A stretch of 64,000 bases of DNA, from the IMG/VR virus record IMGVR_UViG_3300028591_000190, positions 7,853 through 71,852 of that record; one strand, 5' to 3'. Below, piece after piece: positions 15,012 through 27,400 of this stretch. The DNA is from a virus. Taxonomy: Duplodnaviria > Caudoviricetes. Under the pieces are notes generated by a model that had not been told where the DNA came from, did no database searches, and saw only the letters and a list, made by a program, of their open reading frames with translations. Both the position numbers and the translations under genes were made by a program. Numbering within the stretch: the stretch's first letter is position 1; the number at the start of each line of letters is the position of its first letter.

Positions 15012-15356
15012 ATGTCAAATACAATACGGCAATATAGATTTTATGGAGTAAATTCTAATAAAAATTATAATATAAATAATGTAGAAGATTTAATTACTGG
15101 AAATTTTATATCAGGATATGCTCCTATAGTTTCACTTGGTATTCAAGCATTGCCAGGGACTTGTTTTTATTTAAATGATTCTATTGAACCAATTATAATT
15201 GGAGAAAGTGGAATATTTGAAATTGAATTAAAGGGAGTTATTGAAATTTCAAAGATTCAATTTGATTGTGTTTCATTAGACACTATTGCTAAAAATCAAA
15301 GTGCAATACTTATTATAGATACTGTCTATATAAGTCCAGAAGAAGGAGGCTTTTAA
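15012..15356 (+). CDS. Small structural protein (114 aa), paralog of next gene
   Basis: Intact ORF with SD AAGGAG and TAA stop; motif LGIQALPGT...IIIGESGIFEIEL. Confidence 0.7.
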   Translation: MSNTIRQYRFYGVNSNKNYNINNVEDLITGNFISGYAPIVSLGIQALPGTCFYLNDSIEPIIIGESGIFEIELKGVIEISKIQFDCVSLDTIAKNQSAILIIDTVYISPEEGGF

Positions 15357-15361
15357 TAAAG

Positions 15362-15766
15362 ATGGCAACCAATAAAATAAAATAGTTCCGTTATTATTCA
15401 GAACCCATTGAAGCAACAAATATTTCAAAAAATTATCCAAAATATATCTCAATAAATGGAGAAAATGTTTTATTAAACGCTTCTCATTTTATTAGCGGTG
15501 AAGTATTTAAAATTTATACTCCAATGATTCAATTAGGTATTTAGTCTTTACCTGGAACTGAAATATACATTAACGGCAGTGAAGAACCTATTATAATAGG
15601 TTTAACTGGTATTTATGAATTAGATTTAGCTTTAAATACAAAAATAACTTAGTTACGTTTTAGTAATAATAGTATGGAAAGCATTAAAAATAATAATAAT
15701 GCTTATCTTATAGTTGATTGTGTTTATGAAGAATAGCAACAAGAGGAGATAGAGGAGGTGTTATAA
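15362..15766 (+). CDS. Small structural protein (134 aa, code 15), paralog of 15012..15356; missing from ORF track
   Basis: MATNKIK*FRYY...LGI*SLPGT...IIIGLTGIYELDL aligns with the preceding gene; four TAGs; ends TAA 15764-15766. Confidence 0.8.
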
Positions 15767-18700
15767 TTGAGTTTTTATGGAAATATAACTAATACTTCGA
15801 GAACTACTTTTTAGTTTGATAAAATATATCCAAGTCGTTATGCCATGGATACTCATAGTTAGGTTGATGGCATATATGCTGGACGTTATGTATTAGTAGA
15901 ATATGATAATGAAATAAGTGAAATAGATTATGATAAAGGTTGGTATTTAATTAGTAATGGATAGCGACATATCCCTTACGGAAGTATTGATTCTTGTAAG
16001 GAAGGTGAAAATAATTATTTATATTTTAGCGGTCCTGTTGAAAATACTCACTATACTGCTGAAGATATAAATGTTTCAATATTATATTTTGCTCCTCATA
16101 AACATTTTACTATTTTAAATGATAATATAATTTATATTAAAGTAAAGAAAAATGGCTCATATACTGAAGTTTCATAGCAAGAATTTGAAGAACAATATGA
16201 TGAAAATGATATTCCACCACATGTACATATTGCGAATAATATTGTTCATTTTGATAATATTGAAATTTTTCCTGATGAAAATACTTATATATATGCCAAA
16301 GTTTTACCGGGCCAAAAATATCAGTATAATGAAAAAGGAGAATTATGGTCTGTAAATAATAGTGACACTTTTACTATAAGAATTGATGGAGTTGTTTATA
16401 CTTTTAAACAAATGACTCAATTATCTAATTCTACTTCTTCTTATCTTGCTAATTTTAATATAGATATTTCATATTATAATACTTCAAGGGGCTATGATTC
16501 AACAGTCTGGCAAAAAGTTTATTCAAACGGCGTTGAAAAATATGTTATGATTGCCGAATTGAATACAGTTGTTCCTACTTTTGGAGTTACTGCTGATGCT
16601 CCATCAATGTTGCCGATTGCTCCTCATTTTGGTGCTGATACAACTAATGTATATTATGATTTGCATTGGCAACCAAGTTGGGGTTTTAGAATTAAAGCGG
16701 CAAATAATTTATGGAATGTTTCTTAGATTGAGCCTAATGGAAAATTAGTTTTAAGAAATGAAAATGATATATAGTCATAGATAAATAATATTAGAACTAG
16801 AAAAAATGATAGTGTTTTTTATCCTAGTGATTAGTTTATGACTTGGAGTTAGACTTTTGAAGATAATACTTTAACTGGAGATTCAGAAAGAAAAACATTA
16901 TATTACAATAGTGAAACTCAAAAATGGGGTCAAGATTCATCTTCTTAGATACCGGCGGCAATATATTTTAATAAAGATGGTTTCAATTCTAGTGAAATTT
17001 CATATAGTAATGATTTGATTAGTGAAGAATCAAAAACTTCAACATGGGGAAAATATAGACAAGTAATTGCTAATTCTAATTGGAAAAATAATGATGCTAT
17101 TACTATTACTCCTACTGGAATTAGTGGTAATAATTATAATTCTCACGATGGAACTTTTGATAATAAACCACAAGAAGATATCCAAGAACTTTCTATTATG
17201 TTACCAAGTGTTGGTGATACAATGGCAAGAATTTGGGATTTAGTTTATGGTGGTCGTGATACTACAGAAGGTATTAAATTAACAAATCTTCGTAATAAAG
17301 ATATCGCATGGGAAAATGCAAAAGCAGAACCCTCCAGAAGAGGACTTAGATTAGTTGGTCAAGGTGGAGATGAATATAATACTGCTGAAGTAGATACTTT
17401 AGCTGGGGCTATTAATACAGCACATGATTTAATAGGTATGATTATTTCTTCTAATTCAAATGAAGAATTACAAGATTTAGAAAGACTTGATAAAAATTAT
17501 ATTTATTATAATACTGACCTTAAAAAATATTTTAGAAAACATGAAACTTATGATTTTGAAGAAGTTGAAAATTCTAATTTTGTTTATGATATTTTTTCTT
17601 CTAATACATTATCACAAGAAGAAATAGATAAAGGCTTATATTATATTTATGATGATGTAAATAATACTTATGTATTAGCTACTGTATATAGAGAAGGAAC
17701 TCAATATTATACAAAAAGAGTTAGAACTCCATATAGTGAAGTTGAATATGAATTATATGATTTCCCATATACTGATAATGAAGGAAGAACATATCGTTGG
17801 TATCAAGATTATATTAGTGATAATGTGCAGCATATTGATAATTTAGATGATCCAACTGTAAAAGATTTGCGAAGTGATTATATTTATGATTCAGTATATC
17901 ATCCGGATAGAAGTTATTATTATATTGAACCAGAACCAGTAACTCTTACAGCAAATTATTCACCAAAAAAATATTGGTATAAAACTAAGAATAATGATAT
18001 TAATATTTTTAAACTTGATATGGAAGAAGAATAGACTCATAATAGAGCATATTATACTTTTAATCCAAGTTCTTTAATTCGTTGCCCAAGTACTACAATG
18101 GTTTATGTCCCTGGAGTTTATTATTTTAAAAGATAGAATTCTAATGATGAAAATTCTTATTCATATGAATTAGATATTAGTGAAAATAGAAGTCAAAATT
18201 ATTCTTATGGAGTAGGGGTTTATAAAGATTAGAGTAATTCAGTAGTATATTATCAATTAAATATTATTACTATTAAAAATGCTAGCGGAGAAGAAGTTCT
18301 TTATAGAGTTATATATGAATATGAAGATGTTGGTACATTAACAGCAGGAGAATTTTTAACCGATATTTATTATTATAAAGATAATAATAATGAATATCAA
18401 TTAGCTACTGAATATGTTGAAGGACAATATTATTATTACAGAAAAACAACATATGAAAAAACCGATGGAAATTAGGTAGATGTTGAAGTTTTAAAAGAAT
18501 GGTATGAAAATGATTTAATTTTACATCGTGCTGAAACTTTTTATACAGTAATAAAAGATACTAATAGTGATATTATTCAATTAACTGAACTTACAAAATA
18601 GACTTTGTTAGATAAGCGTGATTAGATTTTTAATCAAGAAATATATGTTTTTGGTTAGACTGGTCAATATGATAGGCCTTATTTAACAATAAATGAAGCT

Positions 18701-21634
18701 GAAGAAAAAAATATTATTACTTTATAGAATGATTTTTATTAGAGTAATACATATCATTATATGAGAAATGATACTTATATTCTTGATACAAATTCTCAAT
18801 ATACTAAAGATAGACAATATTATATTATAGATAAACCTCCTTTAAGATTAAATAGTAATATACATTTTTATGAAAAAGATAAATATTATACAGAAACTCA
18901 AGATGAAGAAGGATTTGAATTAGTTTCATCTCAAAAGATGCCTGAAAATATTACTTTTTATAATAAAAATGATTATTATGTAATAAATGATACAAGGAAT
19001 CTTTTATCATATGGTTCTAAATGGAATCTTAATCTTTTAAATATTCCGGATAGTATTACTTTAGGTAAAAGAATTACTCGTTATGAATTGATTGAATTGC
19101 CGAATTACTCAGTTAATACAAATACTTTAAATGGAATGCTTATTAAAATTCATCAATTATTAGAAATCAATGATAATTTAACTCGTTCAAGTGAAAATTT
19201 AAGTGGTTTAATGAATCAACTTAAAGATTTACTGGCAAGTTTTTCTATAGTTAAATCTCGTGAATTTATGATAGTTGATGATTATGGACGTTATCATAAT
19301 GCTCCATTTAGAGGAGATAATTGGTTAAAACTTACTGTTGATGGTGATCCAGAGTTACCTTCAATTAAGATTGATCATACTTTTAATCCAGGAAATGATA
19401 CTACATCAACTTTAGATGTTAATGGTAATGGAAATACTATTAACTTATATACGCCAATTCTTGATGATAATGGACACGTAGTAGCTAAAGATACTAAAAC
19501 AGTAACTTTACCATATAGTTTTAAAACTATTAAAACTAATAAAGTTGGTAGTTCAGAAGAAAATATGAGTATTGAGGGAAGTGCAGATATTGTTGCAGAT
19601 TCTACTCAAGATACTTTAACTATAAATTCTGATAATGCATGGATTAGAATTAAAGGAAATTCATCTAATGATACTTTAACTTTTGCTCATGAAATTCATA
19701 ATATTGATACTGTAAATACTACTGATAGTAATTTCAATACTAATAATTCTAATACTTTTACTGTAACTGATATAAGTAATGATAAGGCAGGACATATTAT
19801 AGCCAATAAGAAACATACTTATACATTACCTTATAATTGGAAGACTTTTACATCTTCAGGTATAAATGCAAGTGAAAATGATTTAGCTTTCCCAGAAAAC
19901 AATCAACATGAACCAATTTATAGTAGTAGTATTGATGCGGATAATTGTAAGGCTAGTATAGCTATAGAGCCGGGTAATACTTGGCTAAAGATGATAGCTG
20001 AAAGTACGATAAATAATGATCAAGTTAATAATAAATTTACTATTGCTCATACTGTAAATCCTATTGAAACAATTCCAAAAGCTGATACTGATCTTGATAG
20101 GGTTGGTTATTTTACTGTTCAAGATATTTCTAAAGATAATGCAGGTCATATTACTGCTATTCAAAATCATAAATATATTTTGCCTCATGCTTGGCGTAAT
20201 TTTAAAGTAGGTAATGATACTATTTCGGCAAATGATTATGAAGGAACAGCAAAATTTGTTGGAGATAATTGGGTTGGAATTAGTCTTGTAGATGAAACAG
20301 AAGGATAGAATCCTGTAACTGATACAATTCAATTTATTCATAAAACAGCAGTTGAAGATCCTACATTTGTAATACCTAATAATGATACTCCGGCATTTAA
20401 TGGAACATTTTCAGTTCCATATATTGGAATAGATAGTAATGGTCATATTCATACATTAGGTAATAAAACAGTTACTATTCCAAATATTACTTTAACAAAT
20501 GCTTAGAGTGGTAATGTAGTAACTGGTATAAGTTATGTTAATGGGGCTTTTACTGAATCGAAAACAAATGTTGGAACTCTTTTATTAACAGATTTTACAA
20601 CTGATAGTACGAGTACGATATTAAATTTAGCAAATTCAGATTCTATCAATACTGCTTTTGGAAAACTTGAAAAGAGAATTAAAGAAGAAGAAACCAATAG
20701 AAAAGATGCTATAAATAATCTTGATGCTAATATTTCAGATGTATTTGATCAAGGTAAAACTCTATTAACTTTGACTGAAGAAGATGGTATAATTTCTTGT
20801 ACAACTCAAGATATTTATATTACTGGAAATCAAGTAAAAGTTGGAACAGTACCAAATGGACTTGAAACGGCAGATTTAACTTTAACGAGTTGGATTAATA
20901 GTTTAGATTTTACAGCTTCTGATCTTGGTGCAGGAAAAACTATTACAGCACTTACTTAGGTTGATGGTAAAGTATCTGCTACAGTGTCTGATATTGCCAT
21001 TACAGCAAGTCAAGTTGCAGTTGATGATAATACAAATTTTGATGCTAGATATTATACTGAAACTGAGATTGATACTAAGGTTAGTGGTTTAACGGCAAAT
21101 AATAATATTAGTTCTGGTGAAATTCATTTATTAAAGAGTTTGAGTGAAGTTAATGGCGTTATAAGTTATACAAGTGAAAAATTAGCATGGAGTCATATTT
21201 CAGCACTTCTTCCTTCTGGAAATAATGCTTTTGTGACACAAGCTGAACTTAATAATCATACTCATTCAATAACTTTAATAGCTGATACTAATTCATCAAC
21301 TATTACTTTATCTTCTGGTGGAACTTATAAATTGACTGCTGGTGGCAATTCAATCATTTTTGCATTAGATAACTTTGCTTCTTCAAATCATAATCATAAT
21401 GGTGTATATCAGCCAGTAGGAAATTATGCCGAATCATTACATAATCATACTTTAAGTAATATTATTGATATAGGGACTATTAGTGATGTTGTAGGTATAG
21501 AAAAACAACCTGCTATTGCGCCAAATCCTGAAGTTCCAGGAGATGAAGGAACACCTGCAGTTCTTACTGAAAATTTAATAGATTATATTAAATGGCTCGA
21601 AAATAGAATTACTGCTTTAGAAACTGGTGTATAA
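15767..21634 (+). CDS. Large tail fibre/spike-like protein (~1955 aa, code 15, TTG start)
   Basis: TTG 15767 after SD GAGGAGGTG; fragments 16412, 17015, 18761, 20771 and 20984 share the frame; ends TAA. C-terminal half has repeated D..GH(I/V) modules and HxH motifs typical of trimeric fibres. Confidence 0.7.
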
Positions 21635-21640
21635 TAAATT

Positions 21641-21676
21641 AAAAGTTTGGTCTCTACCATGAGGCCGAACTTTTTT
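21641..21676 (+). terminator. Intrinsic terminator
   Basis: AAAAGTTTGGTCTC-TACCAT-GAGGCCGAACTTTT stem (two G-U pairs) plus T tail. Confidence 0.7.
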
Positions 21677-21741
21677 AATTTTACATATAGTTTTTTTATA
21701 TTTTATAGTAAGGAAAAATTTTTAAAAGGAGGGTAAAAACT

Positions 21742-22512
21742 TTGGCTTGGAAGACATAGATAAGTGGTTATGTAAAGTTTTTAAGAGGAACTCCTGCTCT
21801 TTGGGCGGAAATTACTGAAAAAGATAATGATACTATATATTTTATTAGTGAGCCTTCTGCTTCAACAGGAAAATTATATTTAGGAGATAAATTAATTAGT
21901 GGTGGTGGTGAAGGTGGCGCGGTTTCTTTAAATGATTTAGAAGATGTTCTTATGTCAGCCGGAATTACAGCACCATCACTTTTAGTATATGATACTGTTA
22001 CTTCTAAATGGAAACCACAAACAGTTGCATCGATAATAAGTCAATATATTAGTATTATGACTGGAGCAACTGAAAATAGTGATGGAACTGGTGGTTTAGT
22101 TCCTCAACCTACACAGAACCAACAAAATTTATTTTTACGCGGAGATGCAACTTGGGCAAATCCAGTATTAAATATAGAAAATGAATTAAATACTTTAATT
22201 GGTAATGATACTGGAAAAAGCGCAAGAGAAATTGCAAGTGAAGAAGTTGCTGGATTAATAGCAAATGCTCCAGCGGCTTTTGATACATTAAAAGAAATTG
22301 CTGATTGGATTGATACTCATGATGCAACTGCGGATATAGTTAATTTAAATAATGTCGTTTTTGGAACAGAAAATGTAACTGGTTTAGCAGATTTAGTTCC
22401 TGTTATTCAAGAAGATGTAAATGGCTTGAATGATAGAATGACGGTTGTAGAAACAGCAGTTAGTGAAATTGACGGTCGTTTAAGATGGCAAAATATAATT
22501 GAAAATAATTAA
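21742..22512 (+). CDS. Fibre-like structural protein (256 aa, TTG start, one TAG)
   Basis: SD AAAAGGAGGG then TTG 21742, in frame with track ORF 21952..22512. Motifs YVKFLRG...TIYFI...LYLG and APAAFDTLKEIADWI are typical of phage fibre proteins. Confidence 0.7.
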
Positions 22513-22526
22513 GGAGGAAATAAAAT

Positions 22527-24362
22527 ATGGCGAATCCTGTAAAAAATCCTACTGGTGGAGCATTAATTAGTTTTAAAGTTGGTTCTCAAAGTACAATTGA
22601 TAATTGGCTAAAGAGTCCTTCTACATATGCATCTGCTATAAGTGAAGGCACTTTTTATTTAACTGAAGATACTCATAGATTATACATTGGTAATCAAGAT
22701 CATACAGTTAGTGCCTTAAATGAAGGTATTGAAACTTATAATAATATTGCTTCTTTACCAATAGCTTCTATTACTACTCTTGGACATTTTTATTATGCTA
22801 AAGCAGAAAATATTTTATGTGTAGGTGCAGGCTATAAAAATAGTCAAGGACAAGATGCTTATCAATGGATTCAAATAAATCAAAATACAGATCATTATCA
22901 TAAAGATTTTTCAAGAGCAGTTTCTGATAATAATTCAAATAATACAGTAACTATTACAGATTCTTTTAATGATCAAAATAACGCTCCAACAACATTATCA
23001 GTTATTTTAAAGGGTGATAATGGTATTATTATTACACAAGAAGATGGTGCTTCAACTCCTACTATTAAAATTAGCGGAGATACTTACACATTATCTGCAG
23101 CAAATAGTTCTACTACTGGTGAAGTTGATATTAAATTAGATTCTTCTAATTCTACTAATGATAGTAAAGTAATAATTAAAAAAGGTGCTAATATTAATCT
23201 TTCAGTTCCAGGTTCTGGAACAGATTCTGGAAAGCTTGTTCTTTCTGCTGAAAATGATGTGCCGAATAGTTTAACTTTTAATAATGCGGCAAATAGTGGA
23301 AATGGTTTTGTAGCAAGTATTGGTATTACTAATAAAAGTCCTGTTACTGGTAATTTTGATCCAGTAATTAATACTGGTCTTAATGGTGATACATCTACTC
23401 ATTTTGTAAATGGAAAAGCTGCATTACCGGTTTATACAATTGAAGAAATTGATGGCCTTGTTGAAGGCTTAAATGCAATGCATTATATTGGTACAGTTAA
23501 TGATTTAGGGACTGGTACTGGCGCAAAGGCAATTGTAATAAATACTACTCCAAATACTATTACTGTTGTAAAAAATAATGCTGAAACTGTACTTAAAGTT
23601 AAAATTGGTGACACTTTTTTAGCTAATGAAAATGGTATGGCAGGAAAGAAACCTGGAACTTTGTTTATTGCTACTGGTACTGAAGGTAGTGATGGTTATA
23701 TTACTGCTGAAAGTTTAAAATTTGAAATAGTAGAAGAAACTTATTTTACTGATACAAATTATGAATTAACTTGGTTACCAAATAGTGGCGGAAATGCTGT
23801 TCCAAGTATTGCCCTTAAAGATGCTGCTCCAGGAGGACAATTAGTAGGTGGAGCAACTACTTTTACTGGAGGAACTGCTATTAATGTATCTGCTTCTCGT
23901 AGTGGAGATAATCAAACAATTACTGTAACTCATGGAAATGTTTCTCATAGTGATACTAATGGAACTGCTACTTCAATGGCAGAAGCTGTAAGCAGTACTG
24001 GAAATATTTCTGCAAGTACTCCAATTACTGTTGTTACAGGAGTTACAGTAAATACACAAGGTCACGTTACTGGTGTTGAAAAAACTCAATATACATTAAA
24101 AGATACTAATGCTATTTTATCTTCAAATGCTTATAGTTCAAATGCTTATACAAGCTCTAATGTTAAAGTTGGTGTTTTATCTAATAGTGTTCAAGATACT
24201 AATAGTTTAGGTGGTCATAATACAGCAACTGGTAAAGCAGTTTTTACAAGTGAAACTTTAAATATTAATGCTGTTGCAACAACTGATGGTTATGGTTCTA
24301 CAGCAAGTGATACTGCTTATTTGAATGGTCTTAATATTGAAATGGTTTGGGGCACATTCTGA
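22527..24362 (+). CDS. Fibre/appendage structural protein (611 aa, no TAG)
   Basis: Intact ORF with SD AAGGAGG; S/T/G/N-rich; AMHYIGTV and NTQGHVTG fibre-type motifs; ends TGA. Confidence 0.7.
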   Translation: MANPVKNPTGGALISFKVGSQSTIDNWLKSPSTYASAISEGTFYLTEDTHRLYIGNQDHTVSALNEGIETYNNIASLPIASITTLGHFYYAKAENILCVGAGYKNSQGQDAYQWIQINQNTDHYHKDFSRAVSDNNSNNTVTITDSFNDQNNAPTTLSVILKGDNGIIITQEDGASTPTIKISGDTYTLSAANSSTTGEVDIKLDSSNSTNDSKVIIKKGANINLSVPGSGTDSGKLVLSAENDVPNSLTFNNAANSGNGFVASIGITNKSPVTGNFDPVINTGLNGDTSTHFVNGKAALPVYTIEEIDGLVEGLNAMHYIGTVNDLGTGTGAKAIVINTTPNTITVVKNNAETVLKVKIGDTFLANENGMAGKKPGTLFIATGTEGSDGYITAESLKFEIVEETYFTDTNYELTWLPNSGGNAVPSIALKDAAPGGQLVGGATTFTGGTAINVSASRSGDNQTITVTHGNVSHSDTNGTATSMAEAVSSTGNISASTPITVVTGVTVNTQGHVTGVEKTQYTLKDTNAILSSNAYSSNAYTSSNVKVGVLSNSVQDTNSLGGHNTATGKAVFTSETLNINAVATTDGYGSTASDTAYLNGLNIEMVWGTF

Positions 24363-24401
24363 TAATTTATAAGATTTATTTTTTATGATAAAATGAGAAA
24401 T

Positions 24402-24438
24402 AAAAGCGGAAGAGAGAATATTTCTCTTCCGCTTTTTC
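24402..24438 (+). terminator. Intrinsic terminator
   Basis: AAAAGCGGAAGAGA-GAATATT-TCTCTTCCGCTTTT perfect stem plus T run. Confidence 0.85.
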
Positions 24439-24485
24439 TTTTTATATATATGAGAAGAAAAAATGATAGAAAGGAGATAAACTGC

Positions 24486-27400
24486 ATGATAGATAATCGT
24501 ACGAAATTTAGACCTGTAGTAGGTGAAGAAGCAAAAATTAGAGTTATGCCACATAATGAAGGTTATGTTTATTATGCTTCTGATACAGGAAGAATCTTTC
24601 TTGATGCGTATGATGAAAGAATAACTATGGGTGGTAGTGGCGCTTCATTATTTTATTTTGAAGAAGATAAAGTCACTGAATTACCTAATGGTGCATATCA
24701 ATTACGTTTATCATCTGTTGCCGATGGTCAAGACGTAAATGCTATTAAAGAAATGGATTTAATTATTAATACAACTACAGGTAGTTTCTATCGTGTATCC
24801 AGTGTAGATCAAGAAATAGGTGTTGTTGAAGCTGAATTACTTGCCGTTGCTGGTAGTGGTTCAGGTGGCGGCAGTGGAGGTGGTGGTGGAGAAGTTTCCA
24901 CAAGCATCAAAATTGATGTTTTAGATCCACCTACTAATACTTATGTTTATGGACAAGACGCATATACTACAGTTGTTGTTACTGCTTCAGATGATACATA
25001 TGTTTATTTAACTCTTGATATTATTGGGGCACAAGGAACTACTACTAAAACAGATATTATTCAAAGTGGTGTTGAAGTTAGACTTAATATTGGTAAAGCT
25101 CTTCAGCCTGGTATTAATAAAATTGTTATTAGAGCATCTGGTGATAATAGTGGTACAGCAAGTCCTAAAAGTTATCCTAATAGACAAGCTATTCGTTTAG
25201 GACTTCAAGCAAGTTCTTCATTTAATCCTTTAGCAGTTCAAAGTGGAACAGCTACTATTCAGTATAGGCCAGAAGGTTTGATTGAAAAAACAATAACCGT
25301 TTATGTTGATAATATTCAAGTTGCTTCTAAGACTATTCATGCTAATATTAGTGGCGTTACTGATTCTATTGATGTCCCAGAACAAGCACATGGTGTTCAT
25401 AAAGTCTCATTAGTATTATCAGCAGAATTAAATGGCTTGACAGTTTCTACTGAGCCTCTTGAATATGAATTAGCTTGGGCACAATCAGGAAATCTGAACC
25501 CAATTATTTGGTTCCCATATGGATATAAAACGAATATTGTAAATTATAGTAATTATCTTCTTCAATATCGTGTATATGATCCATCTAATAATGAAACTAC
25601 AACAATGCACATCCGTCATAATGGAGTAGAAATAAACACTTCTCCTTTGACAGTTTCTTCTGATATAAATGCTACATCAGCTCAGACACTTTCAATTAGT
25701 GATTATAATGTAGGTTCTAACTCTTATGTTTTTGTTGTTGGTTCTACTTCTAAAGAAATCCTTTTTGAAGTATCAGAGGATATGTCCAGAGATTTAAATG
25801 TTTTACAATCTGGCTTAATCGTGAATTTAGACTCAAAAGGTAGAAGTAATGCAGAAAATCCTCAAAGTAGAGAGATTTGGACTAGCGTTCGTGATGGTAA
25901 GACAACCACTGTTCAATTTAATAACTTCAACTGGTATAATAATGGTTGGATTATGGATGAAGACGGCAATAGTTGTTTGAGAGTTAGTAATGGCGCTTCT
26001 ATTACAATTCCATTAGGTGAATTTGATATTTTAAGATCTACTCAATTAAATACTTCTTTAGCATTTGAGTTTAGATTTAAAATTAGAAATGTTCGTGAAT
26101 ATGCTACATTAATTACACGTCAAGCAACGGATGCTTCTGATCCTAACTATGAAGAAGATCCTAATAAAGCTATTTACAATGTTAGTAATTTTGAAACTGA
26201 AAGAGGCGTTGTAGGTAAATTCTATGGCACAAAAGGTATCTTAATCGGCACACAGGAAGCTCTTTTCTCTACTGGAGAATCAACAATCAGTGCTAGATAT
26301 AAAGAAGATGATATTGTTTCACTTACTTTTGTTCTTGAAAGAAGAACAGCTACTAGAACTAAGCCTTTAATTTATATTTATATTAATGGCGTAGCAAGTG
26401 GTGTTTGTACTTATACTTCAAGTGAAAGTTTTGAAGCACAAGTATCAAATATGATTTTTAATTCAACTTATGCAGATATTGATTTATATAATATTCGTAT
26501 TTATAATATTGATTTCTCAAGTGCCGATGTAGTTCATAACTATATTGCAGACATCAAGGACGTTGATATTTATGATGTAAATAACAATATTATTACATAT
26601 GAAAACAACCTTCCTATGATTGATTATACTAAGATGCTTGAATATAACCAAGTACATCCAAGCACACCTATCGAACCTTATGCAGTAATTAAAGTTAGAA
26701 GAGATTCTGATAAGATGCCATATTTTAAAGGTGATAAAGTTCCAGTCGATATTAAGTTTGTAAATCCATATCTTGATTATCTCTGGGAAAATCGTGATAG
26801 CGGTGTTGTTAATCCTATTACTGGTAATCCTATTACAGAAGAAGAATATTTGACAGGTTGTCCGAGTTTTAATTATGTAACAACTGATGCGGGTGTTACA
26901 TACGCTATAAATGGAGTAAAAGGACAGTTAAATGTTCAAGGTACTTCTTCTCAAGGTTATCCACGTCGTAATTTCAAGTGGAAAGCTAGTTTAAAGGATA
27001 AACAAAAAAATCAGTTATCTGAATGGACTTATACTAATGGACCTCTAAAAGATCAATCTCTTTGGGATAAGAATACTGTAAATGATAAATCTTATAAAAA
27101 TTGGTATATGGATACAACTTTAACTGGTTCAAGTGTATTTACTTTTAAAGCAGATTATATGGAGTCTTCAAGTTCTCATAATACTGGTATGGCTAATTAT
27201 GTAGGAACATTATATAGTAAGCATCCTCTTGAATATTATGATAATTTGAATCTATCTGTCAATATTTCTTTATTAAGAACTACTATTTACGGTTTCCCAA
27301 TGCTTGTATTCCAAGAGAAACAAGATGGAACATATGAGTATTTAGGTAGATATAACTTCAACCTTGATAAAGATTCTAATGAACGTTATGGTTTTGAAGT

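Noticed and set aside
24393-24485. Track start at ATG 24393
   Set aside because: It runs through a terminator hairpin; ATG 24486 has a proper SD.
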